The translations under genes and the position numbers were made by a program. A DNA stretch of 64,000 bases from Carcharhinus amblyrhynchos. Taxonomy: Eukaryota. The stretch covers positions 46,376,001 through 46,440,000 of the forward strand of contig OZ336881.1 of assembly GCA_965287045.1 (NCBI GenBank). Direction: 5' to 3'. Shown here piece by piece: positions 53,292 through 64,000 of this stretch (its first letter is position 1; each line of letters begins with the position of its first letter). The notes under the pieces are model-generated. The model searched no databases. It was not told where the DNA came from and saw nothing but the letters and a program-made list of their open reading frames with translations.

Positions 53292-53611
53292 GACGGCAGC
53301 TTACAATCTTCAATAGCCAAGAAACTATAAAAATTGGTGGCAAGGACAAAGCTCGTCCATTCCAGGGACAGCTAACTGGTCTGTACTACAATGGCTTGAA
53401 AGTACTTAATATGGCAGCAGAAAGTGCCCCAAACATCAAAATAGAAGGAAATGTGAGATTAGTAGGGGAAGCGTCCTCAATGACAACAGAAACAACAACC
53501 ACATCAAAACCAGCAGAGATATCAACCACCATTATGGAAACTACAACCACCATGGCCACTACTACCACCAGAAAAGGGAGGTCTACAACCACAAGAGATG
53601 TTATGACTCAG
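53292..53611 (+). CDS. nrxn2: Neurexin coding exon: end of LNS6 and Ser/Thr-rich O-glycosylated stalk
   Basis: Acceptor tgttttcacag|GA, donor CAG|gtaagt; 320 nt, phase 1 to 0. Translates (G)[123 protein letters not shown] and TTTTRxGRS..RD..TQ are NRXN2-like. Confidence 0.93.
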
Positions 53612-56514
53612 GTAAGTAACCCCAGATTTTGTTTTCTTCTTTGGGTGTTTTTTTTTAATGGATGAAATTTTGTATTAAAATAGTGTCTTTAATATTATGT
53701 GTTATTCTGAGGACCGTGGAAAGACATGATATGAAGTTTCTGTAAAAACTATTATTAAGAATCAGTGCTGTTTATTCAACTATTGTTTCCTGCGTCAGAG
53801 AGATATTTCCATTTTAGTCATTTTGTAATGTGAAGTACCTATTAAGGTAACTAGATAAAGTGATTGCTTCAGCCCCACTGTCAAGTTAATGTCAAGTAAG
53901 TTCTGAGTTTTCTTTTTAACAATAAGCCTTTACAGTCATCTCATGTTGAGAATTATATGATATAATTATTGAAAATCAACTAACAAGGGGCATTTGGAAG
54001 ACATTGGTGACCAAGACAAGCAAATCAGGTTGGATACTCAATATAAGTTTCAAAATGTGAAAAGATTATTTTGTTGAACAAAGGAATAGCAGGTCTTAAA
54101 CAGCAATAAATTTTAAATGCACATAAAAGCACTCTTATGGTCCTCTAGAGCATTATTGCCCAGAAATTGCTGACATGGTGTGACTCTATGAATTAAATTT
54201 TTGACCACATCCTTCAAATCATATTCGTACCACGGATTTCTGGAAATGTGCATTGGCACAAAGGAGAAAGAGCACCTGGCACTCATGACTATTTGAATCC
54301 AATGGTGTATCTCCTTAACCAATCAACATCAAGGATAGAGAAAGAAACAGTAAAGAATGAAAAGAGGGTGGAAAATTAGGTGCAGAAACAGAAATACAGA
54401 GCAAACTTTGCACTGACCTGATGCTCAGGTAGGTCAGATGTCAGAGGGAACCCACCATTTGAACTATTCCCCCATCCAGCCAATAATATGATTGATTAGT
54501 TTATAGCTGAGCATCTCGTTCGTTGGGAAGTAAGTAAGTCTGCAGCAGGGATGTGTGTAAGACTGGAGATTTGGGGGGGGGCATTGGTGGATATCAATTG
54601 GGCGGCGGTTCTCCTGGAGTGAGTGAAAGCGAGGTGATCAGGAGGAGGATTGACTGTGATGGTTGGCACCAAAATGGGGTAGACCAGAGTTGAGATAGGA
54701 CATTGATTGGGAGATAGAGTGATAGAACAGGACACAATTGGTGTGGAAACCTGATGGTAGTGGCATTGAGGCTCAGTGGTGTGCGAGAGATCAGAGGTCT
54801 CAGGGACAACAAGTAGTTGCTGGGGAATCCCAAGTTGCAATGGCTTCTCAGACAGGAACTTGGATCCAAGAGGTGGTCATGAAGACATTCACCCCTCTGA
54901 AGCAGCCAAATTCTCTTTCTTTGGGAAGTTAGCTGACTGACAACAATTACAGTTCAAAACCAGAAGGTGCAAAAACTTGCCATCTCATTATCATACATAA
55001 AACTGCCACCTATCCCCTTTGAATTGGGATTAGTCGTCCTTCTGTCTGCTGGCTTCAGCTACAACCAGAATGGCCGGGTGGGATCCAATTCAAACCAACC
55101 AGTATTTTTTTTGAAGTTAAAATTCAGCCCAAAGAAAGATGTAGGGTGCGATTCTCTGGTCCCAAGCACTCATGCACAAATCAAATTCAGAAACCGCCAA
55201 CAGCTGGAGATTGTGAAATGAACCAAGGCAATGAAAGATTTTGAGTAGATTGCTGATACAGGTTTCCAAATGGCCAGGATGCATAGAGTTACCATTAAAC
55301 ATGAGACCTCACAGCTGTTACAGGATACAATGAGGAATGACGTTTTTATCAGTCAGGTGCCTATAAGTGACAACTAGGAATGAGTTACTACTGTTTAAAC
55401 ACACCATGAAGTCAGTCAGCCATGGCATACCTGTTGCAGAGTGGCGGGGGTGCCGGGGGGTGGTGGGGGGGGGAGGGAGGGAGACTGGAGGGTGAGGGTA
55501 AGAGTAGAAGGACCTCCAGAGGTCACCTCCTGCCCTTCAGCACAAACCATCCCTAGTTGAGATGCCAGGATTCTGCTTTCCAAGAACAGCTCCAAATTAC
55601 GCCCACATGACTCCTGGCTGGGGAGGAGGGTGCATTGTGATAATGAAATGACAGTGAGCAGTTTTGCATTATCAACAGGTTCCTACCTGTTCTGGGCAGG
55701 CAGCTGACTGGATCTGGTCAGGTGGGCCAGGTGCATGGAAATGGATTTGCCACCTGTCAGGAATACTGTTTTAACCCAAACAGTCCACTCAACGGGACAT
55801 CAGGAAGGCCTTACTACCATGAATTGAATCAAGGTGGTGGCAGGATCTGCACCGATCATTCTCCTCTCCCCATTAAATGCCCCATCGCCAAACATACCAT
55901 ATGGACGAGGACAAGATTCTGCCCATTGTTTCATTCCTGACCCTTTTCATTTGTGAGGCATATCAGGACCATAATTCACCTCATTATCAGAGTCTTTACA
56001 GTGTGAATTATCAGCCCTAATTGACTGTGGCAAGAATAATTTGCATTCATGGTACAAATCCAATGATTCCATGACGCACAATGGAGAGGATTCTGGTGAA
56101 TTCTTTTTGTGCAAAAACCGATGTTGATCACCCTAGCAATTTGTGGAGAATCTTTCCTTTCATCACAAATTGTTGAGTTTTTAATGATTTAAGGATGTTG
56201 AGTGGTGAGAGCACACCATTTCTCCAACTATTTCCGGGCCAATATTTTCTAAACTGCTGCACAGTTGTGAATTCTCTCCTACTTGTAATTGATGTGCTTT
56301 TGGTGTTCATTTGGGGGCGAGGGAGGGGTTGCATGGGGAAGAACGTGTGCCAACAAAAATTTGTATTTGGTTCAGTTCACGAATGAAAGGAAGAAAATTT
56401 AGATGTATCTGGTCCTCTTGCCAACACAATGTATGCCATGTCTGCCAACTCTTTTATTTCACAAGCATTTCTTTTGAAATATCTAAAGTTATACAGAACT
56501 TGACAGAAAATTTG

Positions 56515-57990
56515 GGCAGAATTTTCCCACATTCTTTCAGAGGTTGGAATCCTCCGATCTCTTCCAACCCCCCCGCCCCACTGCCGCCAGTGAGAACAGA
56601 GAATTTGGTGCTTGGCCCAATCTCCATTCACTGCACCGGGACTGAAGAATCCCAGCCAGAGTATCAGGCTCTGACTGAAAACTGGCATGTAACTCACCAA
56701 CTGCACAACCAAGTTTTAGTTCTGGTTTTCAGACACACTGAAAAAAACATGAATGGCTGGGGTTTCACGTCAGTCTGGCAGTGGGGGGGGAGCCTGATAG
56801 AGATGGCAAGGCCTGTTCCACAGAAATCAAGGTGCCATGTTTAATGGGCACCCCGATCAGCTCAGAAAGTAAATGTTCTGTGCCCCATCCACGGACACAG
56901 AAGACCCTACTCCCCCCGACACCACAGCACAAGCAACAGAACTTCCCTTCCCCCTCTCCCCCCCACAACACCAACAACAGGACTCTCCCTTCCCCACCCC
57001 AATGTCAACATCGCCACTTCCCCCCACTCCATTCTTGGCAGGCATCAAGGCTCTCCGCTCTCACCACCCCTCCTCACAGGCATTGTGGAAATCTCCCTCC
57101 CCCACCTCACCCTCTCTCCTCTCCTCCATATCACCACAGCCTTGAAGGCACTCTCCCCTCACCCCCAACCCCCCACCACCATGGTCTCAGGTACACTCTC
57201 TCCCTTCTTTCCAATCCGGCCCCTCTTCCCCCCACCTCAGCAGACTCTGGGGCACTCTTCCTCCTGCCCGCACTATTGCAGTCTCAGGAACACCGTCTCC
57301 CCATCACTGCATTTCAGGGGCACTCTCCCACCTTTCCCCAATCTCCCCTTTCTCCATCAACCTCTGAATTCCCTGGAGCACTCTCCCACCACTCATCAAT
57401 CTTTCCCCTCTCACCCCCATCACAAAAGACTTGGGGGCACTCTTCCCCTCCCCTCCCCTTGTCCCACCACTGCATCTCACTCCATCACCACCCTCAGGGC
57501 ACTCTCCTTGATCTCCCACTCTCCACACCCCCCACCTCCCGCCCCCTCAACCCCACCACTGGAATTTCAAGGCCTCCCTTCCTCCACCATCGCAGTGTCC
57601 GGAGCGCACTCAACCCCCACACTCATCAACCCTACCCAACACACAAATGGAACCATTCCCTTGGGGCTGGCCAGAGTACATACCCCTGACATTGCCCTGG
57701 CAGGTTGGCATTGTTTCCTGTCTTCGCAAACCTGTTGTGAACCTTGATGACATGCTTCAATATTCTGTGAAGGGGGAGTAACGTGGAGAGGAGGCCCTTT
57801 TAAACATATGTTAATACATTGAAATATATTTAAATGAAGTTCTCATTCTTTCTAGATAGCAACCTTGTTGCACCACCAATGAGAGGCAAGGAAAAATTGG
57901 GAAATGTGATCTCAGTAGCAAGAATTGCACTTCCAGTTTCTTGTGAGATTTTGAGCCTGCTTCACCATTCTCGCTGGCAGCAAATGCAGG
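56515..57990. mobile_element. GC/C-rich composite non-autonomous DNA-transposon-like region
   Basis: Begins gggcagaattttccc, ends aaaattgccc; contains a MITE copy (56540-56685) and a C-rich low-complexity core (56900-57660). Confidence 0.4.
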
Positions 57991-58275
57991 CACAAAATTG
58001 CCCTTTTTATTTATATTCATTATTAATTATAAATAGATGCAATTTAACTGAATGGAACATTTCTCCAGAAGATCGTGAAAGAACATTTTAATGCTTCTTT
58101 GTACCATGTCAGTTCAACTTACATAAACCAGGCCAAATTTCTAATTTGCCAAATTAGTCCAAATGGGATGAAAGACATTTTCAGTGCATCCCAAAAGTTG
58201 CTAATAGCGGAAAATAGTCAGGATTACAGATGCTAGTTGTTGTTGCTATGGCTGTTATAACTATGGGTATTTTAC

Positions 58276-58505
58276 TGTGGAGATGTCAGTGTTGGACAGG
58301 GTTAAGCACGGTAAGAAGTCTCACAACATCAGGTTAAAGTCCAACAGGTTTATTTGGTAGCACAAGGCACAAGCTTTCAGAGCACTGCCTCTTTATCAGG
58401 GAACATCCCACTCACCTGATGAAGGGGCAGTGCTCCGAAAGCTTGTGGCTTGTGCTACCAAATAAACCCATTGGACTTTAACCTGGTGTTGTGAGACTTC
58501 TTACT
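58276..58505. mobile_element. Palindromic Penelope-terminus mini-element (family B) with hammerhead motif
   Basis: 58276-58400 closely matches the Penelope end at 14420-14544; 58415-58505 is its inverted copy across a 14-nt spacer. Confidence 0.88.
58412..58448 (+). ncRNA. Candidate minimal type I hammerhead ribozyme
   Basis: UCAC-CUGAUGA-A-GGGGC(AGU)GCUCC-GAAA-GC-UU-GUGG: conserved core, 5-bp stem II, 4-bp stem I, palindromic AGCU stem III. Activity untested. Confidence 0.6.
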
Positions 58506-59029
58506 ACTTGAATGTTTGCAGGAACTCTATAACAAATGTAAACTAATAAATGTTCCGAGGGAATATTGCCAGAATGAAAAAAAAACTAAATTCAGGGATA
58601 AATCTCGGTCAGTGAATGTCTGCTTTCATGACAATGAAGACAGAGTGAAAATGATAAACACAATCATACTTTTGGCTGTTTCAAGATACTATGGGCAGAA
58701 TTTTATAGTCTGTCATCTTGCTTGGGCCTTGGTTGAGAAGAGAGTGGCAGGGCATATCCCTCGAGAGCCCCCCTTCTATCTGGTTCCACCACCCTCCCAC
58801 ACCCCGCCCCCCCCCCCCCCCCCCCCACCCCCGTCCACTTCACTTCAAGAGCTTCATTATTTTCCTTTGCTCAGATATAAAGGCTCGAGGCTTTCTCCAA
58901 GTTTTTGTACAGTTCTAATATTCCTGTGTTGTAAGAATTCGAGGTAAGACAAGGAAATGGATAAGAGATTTGTCAAAGGAAAGGAAACAGGAGGTACTTT
59001 GTTCAAGGAATAATGTTGAGAATTCAGGC

Positions 59030-59480
59030 AAAGGACAGTTCCATGTTGTATGCGCCAGAGATTGATTATGAGCTCCCTACTGTTTCTAATTTACATTAAT
59101 GATAGATTCAGAAGCTCTCAGCAAATTGATTAAATTTGCAGAGGATGCTAGCTGATAGTCAGAGATGGGGGGGGTTCAGTGCGGGTGCAAAGGACTCTAA
59201 TGAATTAAATGGCTGGAATTGTGCCAAATGCAATTTAATACAGATAATTGTAAGGAATTGTGCATTTGAATACAAAATTAGTGACCTTAATGTGATTAGT
59301 ATGAAATAGTTTAACAGTGAAGTTCAAAAAAGTGTTAACAGACTTATTGTACACAGTTACTATGAAGTAACATCAACAAAACAACGCGGGCAATTGGGAC
59401 TAGTTTAGTGGTTAAAAACTGGCTAACATGAACAAGTTGGGCAGAAGGGCCTCTTTCCATGCTATAAATCTCTATGATAA
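59030..59480 (+). mobile_element. Very old CR1 remnant
   Basis: aaatttgcagaggatgct (KFA(E)D), atgcaatttaatacagataattgt (MQFN.D.C), tail gaagggcctctttccatgctataaatctctatga. Confidence 0.5.
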
Positions 59481-59655
59481 ATGCTGAACTGTATTGGTAA
59501 ATATTGAAGTATAAAGGAAGTTAAGAAATAGAGCTAAGTCTTAAGTGACCTATCTATAACTCGAGCTCCAGTTGACAGAAATTTGATACCCAAGGCGTCG
59601 CCTCACTGAATTTACTCTTGTATCAAAGCTATGCACTGAAACAATCCAAAGTTCA

Positions 59656-59996
59656 GGTGGCACGGTGGCACAGTGGTTAGCTGTCTCATAGCGCCAGGAA
59701 CCCAGCTTTGATTCCGGCCTTGGGTGCCTGTTTACGCGGAGGTTGCACATACTCTCTGTGTTTGCGGTTTTCTGGATGATCTGGTTTCCTCCCACAGTCC
59801 AAAAATGTGCAGGTTAGATATATTAACCATGCTAAATTTCTCCTTAGTGTCCAAAGTGTAGATTAGGTAGGTTAACCATGATAAATGTGTGGGGGTTACA
59901 GGGATAGGATGGGGGGGGGTGGTGGGCCTGGGTAAGATACTCTGTCAGAGAATTGCTGTGGGCTCAATGGATTGAATGGCCTCCTTCTGCACTGTA
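59656..59996 (+). mobile_element. HE1/V-SINE
   Basis: ggtggcacggtggcacagtggttagc head, central domain with a short internal duplication, tail aatggcctccttctgcactgta. Confidence 0.85.
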
Positions 59997-62900
59997 ACTA
60001 CATCAGAATATAAGGTTTGTACACAAATATAAGAAATGACCAGAAAGCATGAAATACAATTTTCTGTTATTGTGTTGGCCACAATGGTGAAGTGTAGTTG
60101 CCACCATTTTGAGAGCAGTATTGCTCACAATAGAACTGCACCAGTTTTGTTGATAAGCCGGAAAATTCCTGCATTTGGTTATATTATCCTTGCTCGAGAA
60201 TGAATTTCAAAGTACCTTGAGCGAAATGAGATGGAATACCTGACGTTATTCTCTGTTCTCCTGCCAAATGCACTGAAGAATAGCAGAAACTCCATAGATG
60301 TGGCACAAATGGCCACCTGTGGAGTTTCTCCAACATTTCCACTGAAGTTGTCATGGAATAACAGTGGAAATTCCAGGCACTTCATTTTTATAATGAAGAT
60401 ATCCAAAAAGTCTTTACCTTCCTTTAATTGAACAGTTGGGAATGGCCACCGCTGACGGAATCCACTCATAAATCATAGAAAACACTGTTAATTTAGATCA
60501 ATGCATGGAGGCAGTCCATTGGATTTCTTCACCGTCTGCAGCGTTAAAATGCAGTAAATACTATACCACAAATTATCACATTTATAACCCCCTAAAACTG
60601 TCTTTGAGGCAGATTAAGTTATCTATTTTCTTCTCATTTTTATTAGTTGCACATAAGTGATAGCATTTTTATTTAAGTGGAATGCTATTGTCGGAGTACC
60701 ATAACATTTTATTGGGTTTTACACTTTGAGAACACAAATATCTTTGTCACAGAAATGACCCTGTCTATAACATATAGCGAGAGAGGGAAAATTGGTGGAG
60801 ATATACATAATAAGAACAGCAGATGATATGCTGCGTATTAGTTACACCATATATTTGGAACATGTAATCAAAAAATCTTTATAGGCTGAAAATATTGCTA
60901 ATCTTGTTTTTAATCCATAAACTGTACTATGCTTGGATGCACAGAATGTGTTACTTGCCAATACTTTCTGTAAAGTAATATCACTTCCAAATTGTCTATT
61001 TAAAAATATCAGCATGGTAGTTTTATTATCTAAGCAAGTCATTTGGAGGGGAGATGGTGTGGACAATAAACACGAGGGAATGTTATGCACCTCATTCAAT
61101 CATAGAAAATATTTGCATTTGTACAGAATCTTATTACATTATGGAAACATCTGAAAGTATAGTACACAAAGAATTATCCTGTAATTGATATCTATGGTAA
61201 TTATAATACTGGCAAATTGCTGTAAGTTATTTATAAATGTCATTCCAGGATTTCTGCAAATAATTTTGTAAAGTTTTCATGATTTATTTTTGTTTTTAAG
61301 TTTTTCCTAAACAGTGAAAAATGAAAGTGGCACTGATGGTAGCAATATGTGGAAAACATGAGGATGAAATCACAATACAGAGTTCAGTTCAATCAGTAAA
61401 TCCCCTAACTAGACATTGACCAAATGTATACATGGTATGGGTTGATGAAGCAATTGCTTTCATCAATCTCTTCCAAGATCTGGGTCAACGTGTTTACAAA
61501 AAGGGACAGAAATCACTTTCATCGACTCCTGGCCACAAACCTTCCACATCACAACAAGAATCTTTATTTCTGAAACATCTCCAAAGCTCTTGCTCATCTA
61601 CATTAGACAATGGTCCACCAATGCCATCATTTCGAAATCCATTGTCTGCTATTAAGACCTCTTCATGTGCTCACCCCCACTCTATCTTTGTAGCATCCCA
61701 GATTTCTACACTCCTCCATCTCTCACCTCTTGTGCATCCTTATGATACAAGATGGAGCTGGATCATGATGACTTCTTGTGAGCTATGCCCAGCATATCCT
61801 CTAATTCTAAATTTTACTCTCATTCTATGCTTCTAAAACTCTACTCTATTTTTCTCTACACCCTAGTTATGGCTAAACTACATTAATTCTGCATCCTCTT
61901 CTTTCCTCCTCTATATACAGTATGCTTGTTTGTATGGGGGGCAAAAAAACAATACTTTTCATTATTTACTATTACATGTAACAATAAATCAAATCCTTCA
62001 CTTCTCCCTTTGCCTTCATATCTCTCTCTCTCTCCTCTTTAAGAGCGATCTCTTTGACCAAATTTTTAGTCTGCCTTCTTAAATTTTCATTCCGTATGGT
62101 ATCAATTTGTGTCTGATTATGCCCCCATGAAGCATCTTGGGATATTTTAATATGCTAAAGGAGCTTTATAAATAGTTGTTGCCGTTTCAAAATCTGGAAC
62201 CTTCTTTAGAAGAATAAAAATCACAAGTAATTCAGTAAGAACATTGACAATTAAAATGGAATTATTTTCTAGAAAGCTTTTTTTCCAAGATAAATTATCT
62301 TTAAGAATTTATTTATTCACAGCAACATGATATTTTATGCAGTGCTAATGAGCTTTGATTTACAATCACTCCCTAAATTATTGTGACTGTCCTTAGATTA
62401 ATTATAATCTTATTTCATCCAAATTTACATAAAATGTCTTTGCATGTAATCTATTGTGTGAAAACACTAAAATATGTAGCTAAAACACAACATGTATTCG
62501 AGAAGGTGCCAGCTGAAAATTTGAACGAAAGGTTGCACTTCTAAAAGAAGGAAAATAAAATGGAGAGTAAGAAAAAAGTATTTTTAGATGCTGATACTAT
62601 ATAAACATTAATCAGATGGAACTGAAGTTAATGTTGGTGGACCTAATTTCAATCTCAAAATTGATCATGGTTAATTTGAGGGAAGAACTTGTGTTTGAAG
62701 ATCGTTGCTGCAGTTATTTGAAAATACAGTCCTATGTAGGTCAAAACACAGCACATGTACACCCAAACATTTTTCCCAATTACAAAAGCTTAGGAAAGAA
62801 ACCCTGTTGCATTGTTGAGCTCTCACACTCCAAATGTAGACTGGTGATGTACAAAGAGTGGAAGGGATGAAATCAGTTCAGGAAAAATGCACATTAGCAG

Positions 62901-63451
62901 CAAAGATAGATTTCAAGATCCTAAAGCAATCTAGCACTAGGGTTAAGATTCCTTCACTGTGCTGAATGTTTCCATCAGATCTTGTGTAGTTACTACTCAG
63001 CAGATTATTAAAAGCCTATCCCATGTTAGAAAAATACACAATTACTTAATTCTTAGAGTTGTAGAGATTAGTGATATTCTCAAATGTGAATGTCAAATTG
63101 ACAAGAACTTCTGTCTTAGAACAAACATGTCAGCAAAAGGAGAAATAAGAAGACAGGTAGGACCTATGAGTGCCTGGAGGCATGGTGCAAGACCTGAGAC
63201 CAATTTTGGGCCAGGTGGCATCTACTGAAAAGGGATGGGTTGCACCTTCGTAGGCCAAACACCACAGCTCTCAAAGGGAGGTTGAGGAGGGTTTATAATA
63301 AATTGACAGGGATGGGCACAAGTATTAGGCTTAGGTAAGGGGAATAAGATACATAAAGGAGTGAGTGTGTAGGATAGCACTAGAGAAGGTGGTACCATAA
63401 TAGATGGGAGCAGACCAAGAAGATAAATTTAGAATGTCTATATATAAGTAT

Positions 63452-63652
63452 GATGTAGAGATGCTGGCATTGGACTGAGGTAAATACTGATTAAATCAGT
63501 ATTCTGCAAACTGTGTGTGTCTTTATATGACCTTCTCTGATCAGAACCTTTCACACACCTGACAAAGGAACACCGTTTCCGAACGCTTGTGGGATTACTA
63601 TCAAATAAACTGCTTGGACTTAAACCTGGTGTTGTGGGATTTCTTACTGTGT
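63452..63652. mobile_element. Older Penelope-terminus mini-element (family B-like) inside a decayed CR1 5' region
   Basis: tgtagagatgctggcattggactgaggtaa matches 14422-14449; cctgacaaagg...ccgaacgcttgtg...aaataaactgcttggacttaaacctggtgttgtgggatttcttactgtg matches the inverted arm at 58415-58505. Confidence 0.7.
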
Positions 63653-64000
63653 ATATAAATACCCAGAGGAGGTAAATAATGGTGAGCAACAGCACGAGTG
63701 GAAATGTGATGCCACTGCAATAATGGAAACGTGGTTTAAAATTGATGAGAAATGCATGTGTAATATTCATGGATGCAAAGTGTTCAGAAAAGATAAAGTG
63801 GACAAGGAATATGGGGTGGCAATATAGATTAAGGAAGATATTATAGCTTTGCAAAGAGGGATTGTCTTTGCGTTGACAAGAGCAGAGTCTGTTTAGACAA
63901 GAGTTGTGAAGCAAAAAGTGTATGATCATACCACAGTAAGAGAGAGATGGAAGAAAAAGTCTGCAAGGATTGGCTTCTCCAGATGCCCTTATTATGAATA

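Noticed and set aside
53386-53592. Minus-strand Val-rich ORF
   Set aside because: Antisense shadow of the Thr-rich neurexin exon.
56781-57747. 302-aa and 220-aa Pro/Ser/His-rich ORFs
   Set aside because: They arise from C-rich low-complexity sequence that lacks stops in several frames; no domain and no splice context.

Overview
Vertebrate genomic DNA. The repeat content (HE1/V-SINEs, Deu-domain SINEs, CR1, L2, Penelope, Harbinger remnants) points to a cartilaginous fish, probably a shark; this is inference. The whole window lies inside one + strand neurexin gene, best matching NRXN2 with NRXN1 not excluded. Three coding exons are visible: LNS6 exon 30067-30238, the 90-nt alternatively spliced SS4 exon 52076-52165, and the exon encoding the end of LNS6 plus the Thr-rich stalk, 53292-53611. 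Everything else is intronic, AT-rich and full of nested, mostly decayed transposons. Three things stand out. (1) An RNA hairpin inside the SS4 exon closes exactly on the exonic part of its 5' splice site, next to a UWAA-rich STAR-protein element. (2) Penelope-derived termini carry minimal type I hammerhead ribozyme motifs, several as short palindromic mini-elements, one with an intact-looking core on the pre-mRNA strand. (3) A young CR1 insertion has a fold-back 5' junction. No prokaryotic-type systems (CRISPR, operons) are present. Repeat boundaries were set by eye and are approximate; exon boundaries are exact.
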